Assembly (NCBI RefSeq): GCF_036321535.1
Contig: NC_087437.1
Coordinates: 63,676,001 to 63,740,000 of the forward strand
Length of the DNA stretch: 64,000 nucleotides
Origin: Camelus dromedarius
Lineage: Eukaryota
Direction: 5' to 3'
In this document: positions 36,471-49,508 of the stretch, in pieces
Layout: each line of letters begins with the position of its first letter
How positions within the stretch are numbered: the stretch's first letter is position 1
Program-made: the position numbers and the translations under genes
Notes under the pieces: model-generated
What the model was told of the DNA's origin: nothing
Database searches by the model: none
Seen by the model: the letters and a program-made list of their open reading frames with translations, nothing else

Positions 36471-39119
36471 TGTCAATTTTTCGCTCTCATTTGTATTATA
36501 GGGATGCGAATTTCCTCCTCTCTCTCTTCTCCTTCTCCATTCACTCACCAGCAGACATCTCCTTCCCTTTTTACCTATTCCTTCCCCAGAAGTAATGCCT
36601 TTTTGAGATTGCCACTCACGTCCCACAGATTTAAGTAATTCCCTTCTCCGTAGTTAGTAGTCTAATTGACAAGGTGTTTTTCTCAGAGTTTTTGTGCTTA
36701 GAGTGGACTTCCTCTTCCTGGGGGAATTTTAAGCTCAAATGTAGGCCCTTTGTTCCTTTCTTCTTGCTAACAAGCTATTTTTCCAAACTCTGACTTTCCA
36801 TAAAGATTTGCAGTGGGGCTCAAGACATTGCTTTGCTGGAATTTGGTCTTTATATTTCTGCTTAAATGTGATTTGAGCTTGTAGTCATCTGTATCTTTTA
36901 GTTGTGCTGAACATGTAGGCTTCATATAGCTTTATTTGTTATTGATGGTCTATATAGATTTTTGGAGGATATATAGTATTCATTATATAGATATGTTGTG
37001 ATTTTTAACCGGTGCTCTCTTTGAGTGTTTAGGTAGCTTTAAAATGTGCAAATTACAACTACACCTATAGCTAAACCTTTGTAGAACTGTGACTAGTCTC
37101 TGTTGATAAATATATAGAAATAGGTCAAAGGTATTGACTTTTTGCTAATGCTTACTTCCCATTGCCCTTCAGAAAACCTCCAAGCATTTATTGAGTTTCT
37201 GCTGGGTGACTGGCACTGCACTGACTAAGCACCAAGAATACAAATATCAGCAGACCCCATCCTGCTCTCAAGCCAAAGGCACAGACATGAAGCACAATGT
37301 GACAAAAGTTTTGCTCAAAGGATAAGTTCAAAGGAATCTAGGAGTACAGAAGGAGAGGTGATGGTGCTTTTTGGAACCTTTTGCCATTGGCAACAAATTC
37401 ACCTCTGTCTTCATGGAATAGTTCCTCAGCTTTCTTACCTTAATGGAAACCTGATGCTCCATAAGGATAGCACTCCCCTTGCTGCCCCTCATAGTAGGGA
37501 TGTTTATTCACTCGTCCACCTGCCCATTCTCTCTCCAAGCTCTCTTCCTATGCTTTAGGTCATAGGCACCTATCCTTGGATTCTTTCGTGGGCTCTTCTT
37601 TCTCCCCATGTCCCTCAAATATTGGTGTTCCTGGGCTTTTGTCCTTAGTCATCTTCTTCTTCCCTTGTGCAGTCTCTCTCTTTGACCTCACCATACCTTC
37701 CTCATAGCTTCACTGGCTCCCATATATTCTCTTCTGGGCCACACCCATCTTCTGAGTTTCCATTCCAGCTGCCCAGTTGGACATTGCCACTTGGTTACTC
37801 TGCACACAACACAAACTCAACATGTATAAAGCTTAAGTCATCATTTTATGGGTCAGACCTGCTTTTTCTCCTATTCTCTGGATCTCTTATTGGCATTCCC
37901 AGTTTATACTAGCTGCCTAATCAGAAACCTGGGGGTAAGCCTTGACTCCTCTCTTCTTTGCCTTTTGCACCATTTATCCTCTGCGTCTCACTCTCTCTTT
38001 CCCTTGAGGAGACGTTGTTTCTCTGCCTCTCCATGTTTTTATTCTCTCTTTGCTCTCATGTCCTACTCTGAAATCTTGCTACTCCTCTTTCTCTTCTTGC
38101 CTTTTCTTCTCCCCCTCTGTTTTTCCTTATTCTTCAGTTTTGCTCATTTTCTCCATTTCTCTTTATCCACTTTCTTCCTCATTTGTCCCCTCTGCATTTC
38201 CTGTTCTCAGGCTCTTCTCAGCCCTCACTGCCCAGATATGGTCATGCTCCTGCTCTTCTTCCTTTAGAGAATTTGAGTTAGGATGAGACAGCCTGAGGCC
38301 AGAGTGCCATTTCTAAATTCCTGGGGCAGGGGAGAATGGGGTGGGCAAAGTATCAAATACTTCTAGACTAGAAGCCAACTTACTGTTTTCTCCCCTTCCC
38401 CTTGTACACCAAAAGGTACACTGTTGTTTGTCTTCTGGACACACATGGGTGTTCAAACAACAGCTCTGGAGTGCTTTGAAAGCCACAAACAGTTAAAACA
38501 CTGGTGCAGAAAACACCCCCAGAAAGCTTCCAATTTGATAAAAGAGGTCCAAATGATTAGGAATGAGGGCTTTAAAGGAATATCAGTCAGTGAGCATTAG
38601 CTAATCTTGGTGTATATAATGGCGGCTCTTTTTCACAGCCTTCTTGAGGCTGGATTCATCTTTAGCTTTTATCACAGTTGTAACTTTGAGGTGCATAACT
38701 AGCAATTCCAGGAGGCAGTTGAGTTGAATAAAGAGTGTTTTGAATTCTTAAGTTACTCTGTTAATGACAGCTGCTCAGAAAGGAATCAAGAGTCTATAAA
38801 TAATGGCAGATTAGCACCTTGAATAGACTGTTAGGAATCAAATAGACAGCTTGTTCTTATGATAGATTTTTGGAACTGGAATGTGTTATTTCTTTATTGA
38901 CTTATAAGAAAAGAGAAAAAGTAGAATATATGACAGTTTAGGGCAGGAATAATCTTTCTACATGTCTGTATGTTTAACATATGTTGTTTAATTTTTGATT
39001 AAGTAAGTAGGGTGGCTTTTGAAGGACATTGGGGATAATGTTATTCTGCCGTTCTGCAGTGATTAAAATGATTACTGCTTCCTGGGATGAACAGGCAATC
39101 TAAATAATTATTTACACAA

Positions 39120-39330
39120 TTTATAGTTACATAAAGTTAAATAATTACATATTACATGTGCATATATATGTATGTTATATATAGTTATATATATAGTTAC
39201 ATGTGTCTGTATATAGTTACATGTAATTATATATAGTTACATAATTATACAATTTGTATAATTATGTAATGACATATAATTTTATATATTTTATACAAAA
39301 TATATTAAAATATAATTTTATATTGAAAAT
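39120..39330. repeat. AT-rich low-complexity tandem repeat with embedded palindrome
   Basis: ATATAGTTAC at 39191, 39211 and 39231 (20-bp period). Perfect inverted repeat at 39237-39269. Confidence 0.85.
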
Positions 39331-39354
39331 ATGGTTCTGATGAAAGGTTCCTGT

Positions 39355-39872
39355 GTTCATTGACACATTAAGTTACACCAAAACTGAGTGACAAAATCAC
39401 AAATGTGTCCTATCTCATACAGTCTATGGGTCTGGAATTCAGAAGCAGCTTAGTTGGGTGGTTCTGGCTCAGTCTCTCGTAGTTGCAGTCAAATGCCAGT
39501 CAGGACTGCAGTCAGCTGAAAACTTGACTGGAACAGGAGGATGTGCTTCTACGATAACTCACTCACATGGCTATTGGCAGGAGACCTAAGTTCCTCACTA
39601 CCTGGTCCTCTCCATACAGGGCTACTGGAAAGTCCCTGGTGACATGGCAGCTGGCATTCCCCAGAGTGGATGGTCTAAGAGAGAGGGCAAAGAGGAAGCC
39701 ACAGTGCTTTTCATGATCTAGTCCCTAATGTCACACACCATTACTCCTCCCTTTTTCTGTTTGTTCAAAGCAAGGCACTAAGTCCATCCCACACTCCAAG
39801 GGAGGAGAAGTAGGATACCTATTAAAGGAAGGAATATCAAAGAATTTGTGGGCATATTTTAAAACCATCCGC
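39355..39872 (-). mobile_element. MaLR LTR (MLT1F-like)
   Basis: ctatgggtctggaattcagaagcagcttagttgggtggttctggctcag...ctcactcacatggct...gacatggcagctggc...aaagaatttgtgggcatattttaaaaccatc. Confidence 0.75.
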
Positions 39873-39911
39873 AGACTTGTTTTGCATGATTTTCTCCTTC
39901 CTATGTTGAAG

Positions 39912-40170
39912 GTAGTATAGCTTAGTAGTTAAGAGAGTGGACTCTGAAAGCAGACTGCCTGGGTTTATTCTGATTCTACCACGTACTTGCTGTGTGATTT
40001 AGCACAAGTTACTTACCTTCTCTGGACCTCAATTCTCTCACCTATACAGTGAGGGAAATAATAGCACCTATCCCATAGGAGTTGTGAGGTAAATTAGCTA
40101 ATATAAGGAAAGGATGTAGAACCATGGCTGGCGCATAGAATGCTCTCAATTAATAGTAGATTTTAGTATT
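39912..40170 (+). mobile_element. Near full-length MIR SINE
   Basis: gtatagcttagtagttaagagagtggactctgaaagcagactgcctgggtt...tgctgtgtgatttagcacaagttacttaccttctctggacctcaattctctcacct...ctggcgcatagaatgctctcaattaa. Confidence 0.85.
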
Positions 40171-41039
40171 ATTGTTGTAGTTCAAGCAACAACATACCCT
40201 AATTTTTTTCTCCCTTCACTTCTATATAATCTAAAGTAAACAGATTGGTCTAACAGATACCAACTAATACAGAGTTTCTGGTCATTTTGGCAAGTCCTTT
40301 AAGGATACATGGATACATGGTAAGAGCAAAATAAGCTGGCGACGCTCAGTGTAGAGTCCACCTGTGGTAGAATGGCCTGTGAGGGTATCAGTTTCATGAC
40401 ACGCCATGAAGAAACTGTGTATCTCTCTCGACTCTGAAACCCTAACCTGGAAAGTGCTTTCTTCTAGACTTTACAGGAACCTGCTCTGATGTGTGATCTG
40501 TGTTCATTATTCCTAGGGGTCGTTCACATAGTCAGCCCATAAATGTTTGTTAAACTTCTTTTGAGTTCACAGCAAAGTAATTCTTCATAGTAAATAAAGT
40601 ACTGTGAAGAATCAAGTAAAATACACATTTCCTAGCTCTGTAGAGTTTATCTCCTTTCGTATAACATTTTCATCTTAGATCTGTGGCTGATTTGCTTAGA
40701 GTATGGTCTTTATGGATGGAGTTTTTCCTTAAAATAATCTGTGTAGGGGGAGTGGGATAATCACATTTCCAACACTTTCAAAGAAAAATGACTTATTTGA
40801 GGGCAATCAGCTATTTATGATAGCTAAATACTTCAGTAAATATTTCATTTATATCTGATAGATCTTGACCTGGCATTGAGTTACACATTCTTGGCTCCAT
40901 AAAGATGTTTTTAAAAGATGCTCATGAATACTACATGTCAAAATTGCAAAAGAGAGCAGATTTTTTTTGCTTTTGTTTTTAGACATAAAATACTAGTGAT
41001 TTTTTGTTTGTGATATGAGCTCTGGTTTATAGATGATTT

Positions 41040-41100
41040 AGAAAATTGTTAGCACATTGTAACCAACTATACTTCAATTTAAAACAAAAGAAAATTGTTA
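41040..41100 (+). mobile_element. Extremely 5'-truncated L1 (37 bp) with 12-bp TSD
   Basis: Insert gcacattgtaaccaactatacttcaatttaaaacaaa (41052-41088) matches the L1 terminus at ~7640-7670. Flanked by AGAAAATTGTTA at 41040-41051 and 41089-41100. Confidence 0.85.
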
Positions 41101-41304
41101 ACCAGAATTACACCAGATTTCTACCATCTTCTTTCTTACTGATGCCATTAGTCTTCATGACTGGAAAATATACTTGGGATAGCTTCTTTTTAAAAATGTT
41201 GCCTAGTCCAGCACTCTGATATACTTTGACTTCCTAAGTCTACCCAAATTCCCTTCAGATTTGGGGTTCATTTTCGTAACGGTAAAAGGAGTATATGATA
41301 TGCA

Positions 41305-41702
41305 AGTAGGATTGTATTTGGCTATACACGCCAGAATTCTGACTACTGTGTATTAACCAAATAGAAGTTTCTTTTTCCCATATAACAAGAAATCTGTCTT
41401 TCTGCTCTACCACTCACAAAAATGTGTCACTTTTGTCTTGGTGCATGTGGTTCCATAGTTATAATGGGGCTCTGATGGAGTTACATAATGTCATGTCACA
41501 TTACAGGCAAAAAAGGCTTTCCAGAAACTGTTTATTTTTCATTGGTCAGAACTGTGCCACATGGTTTCCTCCAGCTGCAGGGGATTCCAGGGAAGCTGGT
41601 ATTTTAGCAGGGTACACTGCTGTCCCAAATAAGATCAGTGTTCTGTTAGTGAGGAAGACAGGAGATTGCACAGTGAATAAGCAACTAGTAGTGGCTGCCA
41701 CA
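41305..41702 (-). mobile_element. MaLR LTR (old MLT1), degenerate
   Basis: cattggtcagaactgtgccacatggtttcctccagctgcaggggattccagggaag...tctgttagtgaggaaga...gcaactagtagtggctgccaca. Confidence 0.6.
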
Positions 41703-44700
41703 GAGGACTTGAATAGTTGCTAAAGTCTTGAGCCAATAGAGCAATCCATGCATTCATCCACTTGGCAACAGAATATAGTGATATTAGAGTACTTGATGTG
41801 AATAATTAATCAGCTTTATATTTTTAAAGTTGGATTTGAAAAGCAAAAACATAGACTGGTTTAACTCTAGATAATATGTATGGTTATAAATCTCAGTAAC
41901 CATAAATAATGCACGTGATCATAAATCTCAGTAATGACCTTGTACATGATCAGCTCCCCCCAGCAGTCTTCATTAGAATAGGGAATACTTGAATAAATAA
42001 ACTCTTCCAAAAGCTATTTGCAACTTAGATTTTTTACTGCCTGTGATTTTTTTGCTAAAATAATTGTAAATAAGTTGTGTGTGAAAACAATTACACATTG
42101 TTCTGATTGAAATTGTACCCATTTTTATTTATAACAGAATTTGTAATATGGTGGCTATTAAATCAAGTTGTGTGTTTTTTTAACTGAAAAGGCCTTATAT
42201 CTAAAATAACCTTGTTTCTATATAAGTGACATATGCATATTATTTTAAAACTCAGCTAGTACTGAAAGACATAAAGAAGAAAGTAAAAATCACTTTAATT
42301 AGCCAGAAATAATTAGTTACCTTTTTGATATACATTTTTATGCATATAAAGTATTTCTATTTTAGGATAATGTATTTTAGTTATTTAGGTAATATATTTT
42401 AGAATTAATTGTGAACATAGTTCAGCATAAATACGTACATTAACTGAGATATCTCTTGACATAAAAATTTGGAAGACTTTGAATAGTTCCATTTTACTCT
42501 TAAAAAGATAAATGAAAGTTTCTATTTAATTTTCATTATTCATAGCTGAAAATTTTTAAAGTAGTGTTTCTGGAAAGTGTTGACATTAGTAAATCCTTAC
42601 TGATACTGACTTATGACAAGAAATAAAAGGTTTTGTCCTGAGCCTAGGATTTCCTTATTCCTCCTTGAGGCCATTCATTTATTTGGGGGGGGTTCACATT
42701 TGAAATATATTCAGAATAACAGCAAATGATTGATATGAAAATAGATTTTTTTTTTTAACAGTGACCATTTAAAGTTCTATGTAGGTTGGGTCTTTTTGTA
42801 CCTGAACATTCATTTGCCTATCGTTTTCAAGCTGCAGATGTATTCCACCTCTCTAGTTAAATTTAGCTGGGGAATTGTTAGGTTCAGGTTATAATTGCTC
42901 TTTCTCTTCTCTTCACTTTCCCAGCCTCTGCAGTATTTGACAAGCTTCACTCCTCCTGCAAGCAGTGTTTTCAGTATGTGTCTTTTATGCACTGTTGACA
43001 GGCTCTTTCCATGTTCTGCTGGCCTCCTACTCAGTGAATGCCACCACCGCCTCCACCCCCGCATTAGTGCAGGGATGAGAAACAGCTGGGCAAAGTCATT
43101 GTACTTTTAACATCTACTGTATGAGCAGCCCTCAACAGACCCTTTCTTTTATCCTTCTTTGATCTCTTGCTTACAGGAAGAGTCAAGTTACCCCCAAATG
43201 GTTCTTAGTGACTTGATTATGGGCTCAAGGTTCAAATAGCTGGGCTTTCCTACAAGAATGGGTAACAGAGAGAGTAAGGTGCCATGTTTTCCATTTAAAT
43301 GGCACCTTAACATTATTTATTGGACAAATAACCTTATAAATGTAACAATGGAATTCATTTCAATGAAAAGGAAAAAATGTCCCTAAATTCTGCAGCTCTA
43401 GTCAACAATTTTGTTTTTCTGTGTTTCCTTCCATGCCTGGTCTATGTGTATATGCAGTTTTTACACTGTTGTAATCAGAGTGGCTATCATTTGATTTCTG
43501 AGTTTTTCCCTTTAATATAATAACTTTTCCATTTTGTTACATAATCTCTATAGTGATACTTAAATGAGTTTTTCAAATATGTAATTTATTAAAGGGTATT
43601 CAGTGAAATGTGAGCCCTGCCCCACCCGGTTCTCCAGCTATCCAGTTCCCTTCCCCTCTTCCCAGAGGGAACTGCTTTCCTTAGTCTCTTGTGGCATAAC
43701 GAGATATATGTATTCTTTTTTTCAAGCTTGATTCTTTCCCTTTATTTACATTTTTCAGAATAATGTGTTGGTTTCCCAGAATCCTCTAAAGAGGATTTTT
43801 TTTCCCCATGTGCAGTATTTTTTGCTCTTAAAAAGGTTCAGATTTTGGGTTTAAATCAGCCAGCAATACTTCTAATCAACCTGACATCTCTCTCACTATG
43901 TCAAACTGACTTCAACTAGCAATACTTCATTAAATCCAAAAGGAAAAGACAGTTTCCATTTTGAGGGGAAAAAATCCAGTTCTGAGAACAATTAACATTA
44001 GTCTGTAAGTTAAAACAAAATGAAGGCTAGTGTTTCATGTTGCTGTCTACACTGCTTGTCCTCTTACAACACCAGAGATGTCATTTTCCTAACTCAGACA
44101 GGCACTGATACTAATGGACACTGCACACACATGCACACATACACACACACACAAACACAAACACACACACACACCCCTTCCTCCAAACAACACAAATCAG
44201 AGAACATGACAAAGGGACAGTGAAGATTTTTGCTTCTTTCATCATCATGAACTCAGGAATTTTAACATATTTGATATGATTCAGTCCATTGTATCTCTTT
44301 TTAATGCTCAACTTGTCCATCTTTGGCCAGTGGGAGCATCTTCAGATTGTCTTCCAAGTCCTTTATGGCAGAACCGCAGTCACCTTTATAGTGTCCTTGC
44401 TTTCTCATATGACAGTATGTTTCTGACGTATCTTGTATTCACCGATATTTTAAAATTACTACAAAATATCTCATTGAATTAGATGTATCATGCCTCCCAG
44501 TGGATAATATTTAGGTTGTTCCCGCTTTTAAATATTAATACTTTTTCACTCAATATCTCTGTTGATATGTGAACTTTTTTCAGTCTTTGGATTATGTCAT
44601 TTGCATATATTTTCATGTGTAATTACTAATTAAAGAGAATGGGTATTCTTCTAACTCTTAAAATATTGTCAAATGGAACTGAAAGGAATTATTTTTAATA

Positions 44701-44773
44701 CTTACTAAGTTAATGATACAAAATCATAGGTTACTCTTGCATATTGCATTTTTTGCTAATTATGAAACTGTAA

Positions 44774-44903
44774 GGGGTAGGGTATAGCTCCAGGGTAGAG
44801 CAGGTGCTTCTCATGCACAAGGTCCTGGGTTCAGTCCCCAGTACCTCCATTAAAATAAGTAAATAAATAAAAACCTAATTACCTCCCCCAAAATTAAAAA
44901 AAA
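44774..44903 (+). mobile_element. Camelid Vic-type tRNA-derived SINE (long form)
   Basis: ggggtagggtatagctccagggtagagc...tgcacaaggtcctgggttcagtccccagtacctcca with A/B-box-like elements, (taaa)n, aacctaattacctccccc and an A tail. This is the basis for the camelid assignment. Confidence 0.85.
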
Positions 44904-47730
44904 ATTGTATACAATCCCATATGTTTGTTTATTAACTATATTCTTTACTATGTGAATCATCTATTTATGACCTCTGCTTATTTGCCCATTAGGGTCTTGA
45001 TTTTTTTTAAAAACAAAAACAATTTGTGTCTCTATATGCTTTAAATGTTAGCCTTTTGTCATATTGATTGTAAATACTTCAATTCTGTTCTAATTATACA
45101 TTGATCAATAATTAACCTTCTTTGAGAGCAACCACCAGATTTTAAACATAAATATTACTTTGTGGTATTCAGCTATCATGTAAGCTTGGCAAGTCACTTT
45201 TAAGTCTTCAGACCTCACTTTCCTCATCTATCAAGTATTGGGTTGAACTTGATCTCTGAGATCCTTTCTAGCTCTGACAGCCAAGATTTTCTTCACCGAA
45301 GATTACCATATTTAAGTAATCTTTCTGGTTCCTTCCTCTTTTAAACAGAGAATTTTTCCCAGGGAAGCCTTCTTGCACAACCTTCTGGTAAAGTTAAACT
45401 TCATTTTCTTCAGTCTTCCTTCCCTGCCCACGGGATTTGGTAGAACTCTGAGAAAGAACATGGTTTGGTAGAAGTGTGTTTCTTGGTTTGCTTAAGTGAA
45501 ATCCTGTGATTGTTGGTTTTTTCAAGTAGTAAGGAAATGATTATACTCTCTCAACCTTGTTGTTAGGTCGTGTATTATTTCAAGTAAATGATTATCAGAT
45601 TGGAGTCAGCCTTTTGAAAAAACTTTACATAATAGAATTTTCAGAAGTATATTGAGACAAAACTTAGGAAGTTTAAAAATACAGATACTAATAAATCTTT
45701 TTTTAAAAGAAAAGCTTATAATATCTTGCTAGTGAAATACATATGAACTATTCCTATTTCAAGGCTGCAATTAACAATCCGATCTAAAACACCTAGATTT
45801 CTATAAATGCTTAAACTAATCAGATGGCAATTTGCTTTTGGAATGCTAAGTATAATACAGAGGTTTGAGTGCATTTCCGTGATTTATGATTGACTTGTGT
45901 TCTCTTTGAGAATGGCTTCTAATGTTTTACATTTTCATCTTTTTCAGAATGTATCACACTTTTATATTATCTTCAGGATGGTTAGAAATAAGTCTTTTCA
46001 TATTTACATTTTGCTTCCATTCAAAGATTAGACTTTTAATAACTTAATTAAAAATTGGAGACCCCCAAAAGCAAACAAACAAATGAAAAGCTCTTGGATA
46101 TTTGACAAAGCCATCAGAAAGCTCATTCCCTTTAGAGGCTTCTGGTCTTCTCTTGAAGCCAATTTATTGTTACTTTTTTACATGTAAGAACCTCAATTAA
46201 GCGGAAGTGCAAGCTGCTAGTGGCAGACACTCTGACAGCTGGCCATCAGAAACAGTGGAAACAGTAAAAACAAACAGGAAAGTATATAAAGGACACCCAG
46301 TAAACTAGAAACTACTACTGTAGTCAAAGCCGTTTAACATACATGTACTTGGCTCAAAAAACCAAGCACCTGGTTGTATTTTTTTTTTTTTCATGTACAC
46401 TGAATTATACAAAGTGGATTGTTTTCTCTTGTTACATTGGTCATAAAGGAGCTCAAAGCCAAGTTTGTGTTCCACCCCAGGCAAGTGCACAGGCCTTCTC
46501 CACATCCATTTAGGTATTAATTTCTCCCATAGTTTCAGGATATGTTTTCTACCCCTATTTCCCCTAAACCCAACTTCCTACCTTACATTTTTATTATGTA
46601 TCATGGTGCTTTTCAGCTTTTCTAAAGTTTGCCTAATATCTGTGAGGAATACAGTTCCATCCCAGGGCTTTGAGAATAGAGACCAGATAACTTGCCATAA
46701 TTACAAAACTCTTTTAAGTCCCCTTCTTTATGTTTTAGTGTTAACATGCATTCCTCCACCCCAAATTTTAGGGAAAACTAATGAACCATGAAGATGCACT
46801 TTATATGTTCTGTGGCTTTATCTCCTAAAGTAGAATTGCCTAGAGGGAAAATTCCAGTGAAAAATACCTTAAATTGTTCATACATCTCAATACAACTTCA
46901 TATTGACTCTCAGTAAGTCCAGCACAGCCACTTTTTCCTCCAGTGTTGAAAGTGTTTATGCTTCCTTCGTTTGAATGCCAGATGAAATTATTGGCTTAAA
47001 TTTAGGGCCTCGTTGGATGAATATTATATTATCTTTGAACAGTAAATTCTCAATCAGCATGGCCAGCAGACCTGATATCACCACTGACTCTGGTGCCCAC
47101 ATTCACACTGTGAAATCCTAGGTGGAGTTGCCCACAGGAAGTTATTTTTCTATCTGATTTTCTTTTGGTTGAGTTCATACAGTTGAGTTTGTGTGAGCTG
47201 ACTGTTAGTAGGATATCACTGGATTGGACCTGGATGCACATCTTTGAGGTATTCATGCCCTAGTTTGAGAAGCACCTCTGTATTCAAAGTTTTGTCACAT
47301 AAAAGGAAAAGATTGCATTCTAACTGCCCAGTTCTTCCCAATGCTAGACACATGAAGTATCATTGTGTGTGATTTCTTATGTTATTCCCTTTATATCCAT
47401 TTCAATTTAGTAAAAAATAAGCTCTTAGTAACTTATCCTTTTAACACAAAATGTAATCCCTCTTACAGGTTAGTACATCTGTTAGAAATGTCAACCTCAA
47501 GTAGATCCAGAGCTTATCATATAAATACCATAATTTCACTATTGATTTCAGTGTAAGACACAAATTTCTTTTCTTAGAGCTCAATAAGGTAAGTGTAGTT
47601 ATGTTAATAAATATACTGAAAATTGCTTTCTGGGAAGGGTCAGGTGCTGCAACCCCAAGCGGCATGGCCAGTTTTCTATGTTCTAGAAAAAAAAGAAAAG
47701 AAAATTGCTCTTTTATCAGTCCTTCTTTGG

Positions 47731-47757
47731 GAAAAAAAAAAAAAAAAAAAAAAAAAA
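47731..47757 (+). repeat. Poly(A) mononucleotide run (27 nt)
   Basis: Seen directly; no recognisable retroelement body upstream. Confidence 0.9.
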
Positions 47758-49176
47758 GAACCAGTCATCTTCTTCCTTGAATCCCATACTCCCACCCTTC
47801 TCTTCATTTTGGCCAGAAATATTTTCTGTTTCCCTGAGATTAGCTTGTACTCTAAGAAAATGTTTAAGAAAGTTCCTTTTTAAGATTGGAATTAGTTCAA
47901 TTTCAGAATTGTTTTTTGTTGAAGCCAAATGTTTAATTTCTTGTTAAGAATGATGACTTAATTTTGAATTTTTAATTCATGTTTTTATAAGGAGTTCAAG
48001 CAATGTGTAAAAGTACATAAAGCTTTAAAATTACTCCAAATTCTACCAATATAACTAATCTTCATTAATATTAGATAAACATCGTTCCAGGGAGCACTCC
48101 CTTCATGTATATGTTAATATAAGGAAGAAAAAGTAGATGGATGGAAGAATCAAGTTATATAGCTCATACTATACATGCTATTTTCATTAAAGTTACTGAG
48201 TTTATAAAAAATAAATACTTTATAAAACCTTTAATCATGAGAGATACATTATTTACTAAAAGGTCCCTTAAAGTTTAACAAAAAGATTATGAAAAATTTA
48301 GATTAGAATTATATTTAGCTATATTTTAGGCAATATCTCTTAATTCTATTAAGGAAATTAGTATTGTCACTCCTCCTTCCATCTCTTCTTCCCTGACTCC
48401 CGTGTTAAAATTGTTGCTAATTCATTATTGTGAATTATAAGCATTTACACTATGTTCTATGACCATAATTACCATAATTGTTTAGTGTTAATGTTATATA
48501 TGAATGGATTCATTGCCTACTGTTGGCCCTTTTATCATGACTCCTCAGTTCCTGAATTCTTTATTTTGATTTATATCTTGTTTGGCTGAATTTCTGACAG
48601 CATGTGTTCCTCAGGGTCGATCACATAGGCATTATACGACAAGTTCTTTTATATTTAGTGATGTGTACCTTTTGCCATTACATGGAATGACATCTTGGCT
48701 GGGTATAATATTCTTGAACATACTTTCTTTACCTCAGACCTTTGTGGTGTTGCTTCATTGTCTTTTGACATTGGCTGTTGCTATGGAGAAATCTGAAGCC
48801 AGGCTGACTTTCTTGCCACTTTGTAGGTAGCTTGCTTTTTGGATCCCAAAGTATTATTTTTGTAACCTGGATCTCAAAGTATTATTTTTATAACCAAGGA
48901 AGTTCTTGATTTTACTCATTCATTATCAGTTGTTGTTTTCTGGGGTACAATGTATTCTTTCAATGTAAATTTAGCCTTTTATTTCTTGGATTATACCCTT
49001 GAATACATTTTCTGTTTCATATATTGGGTTCTCTATTTGGGAGATAATGATTATCCTTGTGCTGGATTGTCTTTGTCTTCTGTAATTATTATCTTCCTTC
49101 CAGTTGTTTTAATCTTTGACTTTTCCCCAGGTGCATTGCATGCTTTATATATATATATAAATTTGGGGGGAGGGGT

Positions 49177-49508
49177 GCTTAAAACAGCACTTCTTTATTA
49201 GCTCATAGTTCTGTAGGTCAGAAGTCTGGGTAGGCTCAGCTGAGTTTTCTGCTTATGATTTCACAAAGCCAAAATCAAGGCATCAGCTGGGCTGGGTTCT
49301 TATCTGGAAACTCTAGGGAAGAATCTGCTTCTAAGCTCAGTCAGCTTGTTGGCAGATTTCAGTTCCTTGCTGGCTTTTGGCCTGAGGTTACTCTCAGCAA
49401 TTAGATGCTACTCTCCAGTCCCTGCACACAGCGCCTCCATCTTCAAAGCTAGCAGTGGTGCCTCAGATCCTTCTTGTGCTTTGAATCTTTTTAAATTCTC
49501 TTGCCATC
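49177..49508 (-). mobile_element. MaLR LTR (MLT1E-like) inside an old L1/HAL1-like remnant
   Basis: gcttaaaacagcacttctttattagctcatagttctgtaggtcagaagtc...gaatctgcttctaagctcagtcagcttgttggcagatttcagttccttgc...cctccatcttcaaagctagca. Confidence 0.75.

Noticed and set aside
37848..38286. 139-aa hydrophobic, membrane-protein-like ORF
   Set aside because: An L2 remnant plus a pyrimidine-rich low-complexity tract yields Leu/Phe/Ser codons; no ATG or splice support.
44774..44850. tRNA-like sequence with A/B boxes
   Set aside because: It is the head of a tRNA-derived SINE with an AT-rich tail, not a functional tRNA gene.
15998..49191. Identical 15-mer GCTTAAAACAGCACT ends one MLT1 fragment (15998-16012) and begins another (49177-49191), as if a TSD flanked a 33-kb insertion
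   Set aside because: The interval contains essential exon 3. The 15-mer is largely MLT1 consensus, and MLT1-like bases seem to resume briefly after the L1 tail (actcccctttat, 18161). Two independent MLT1 copies is simpler; an orthologue alignment would settle it.
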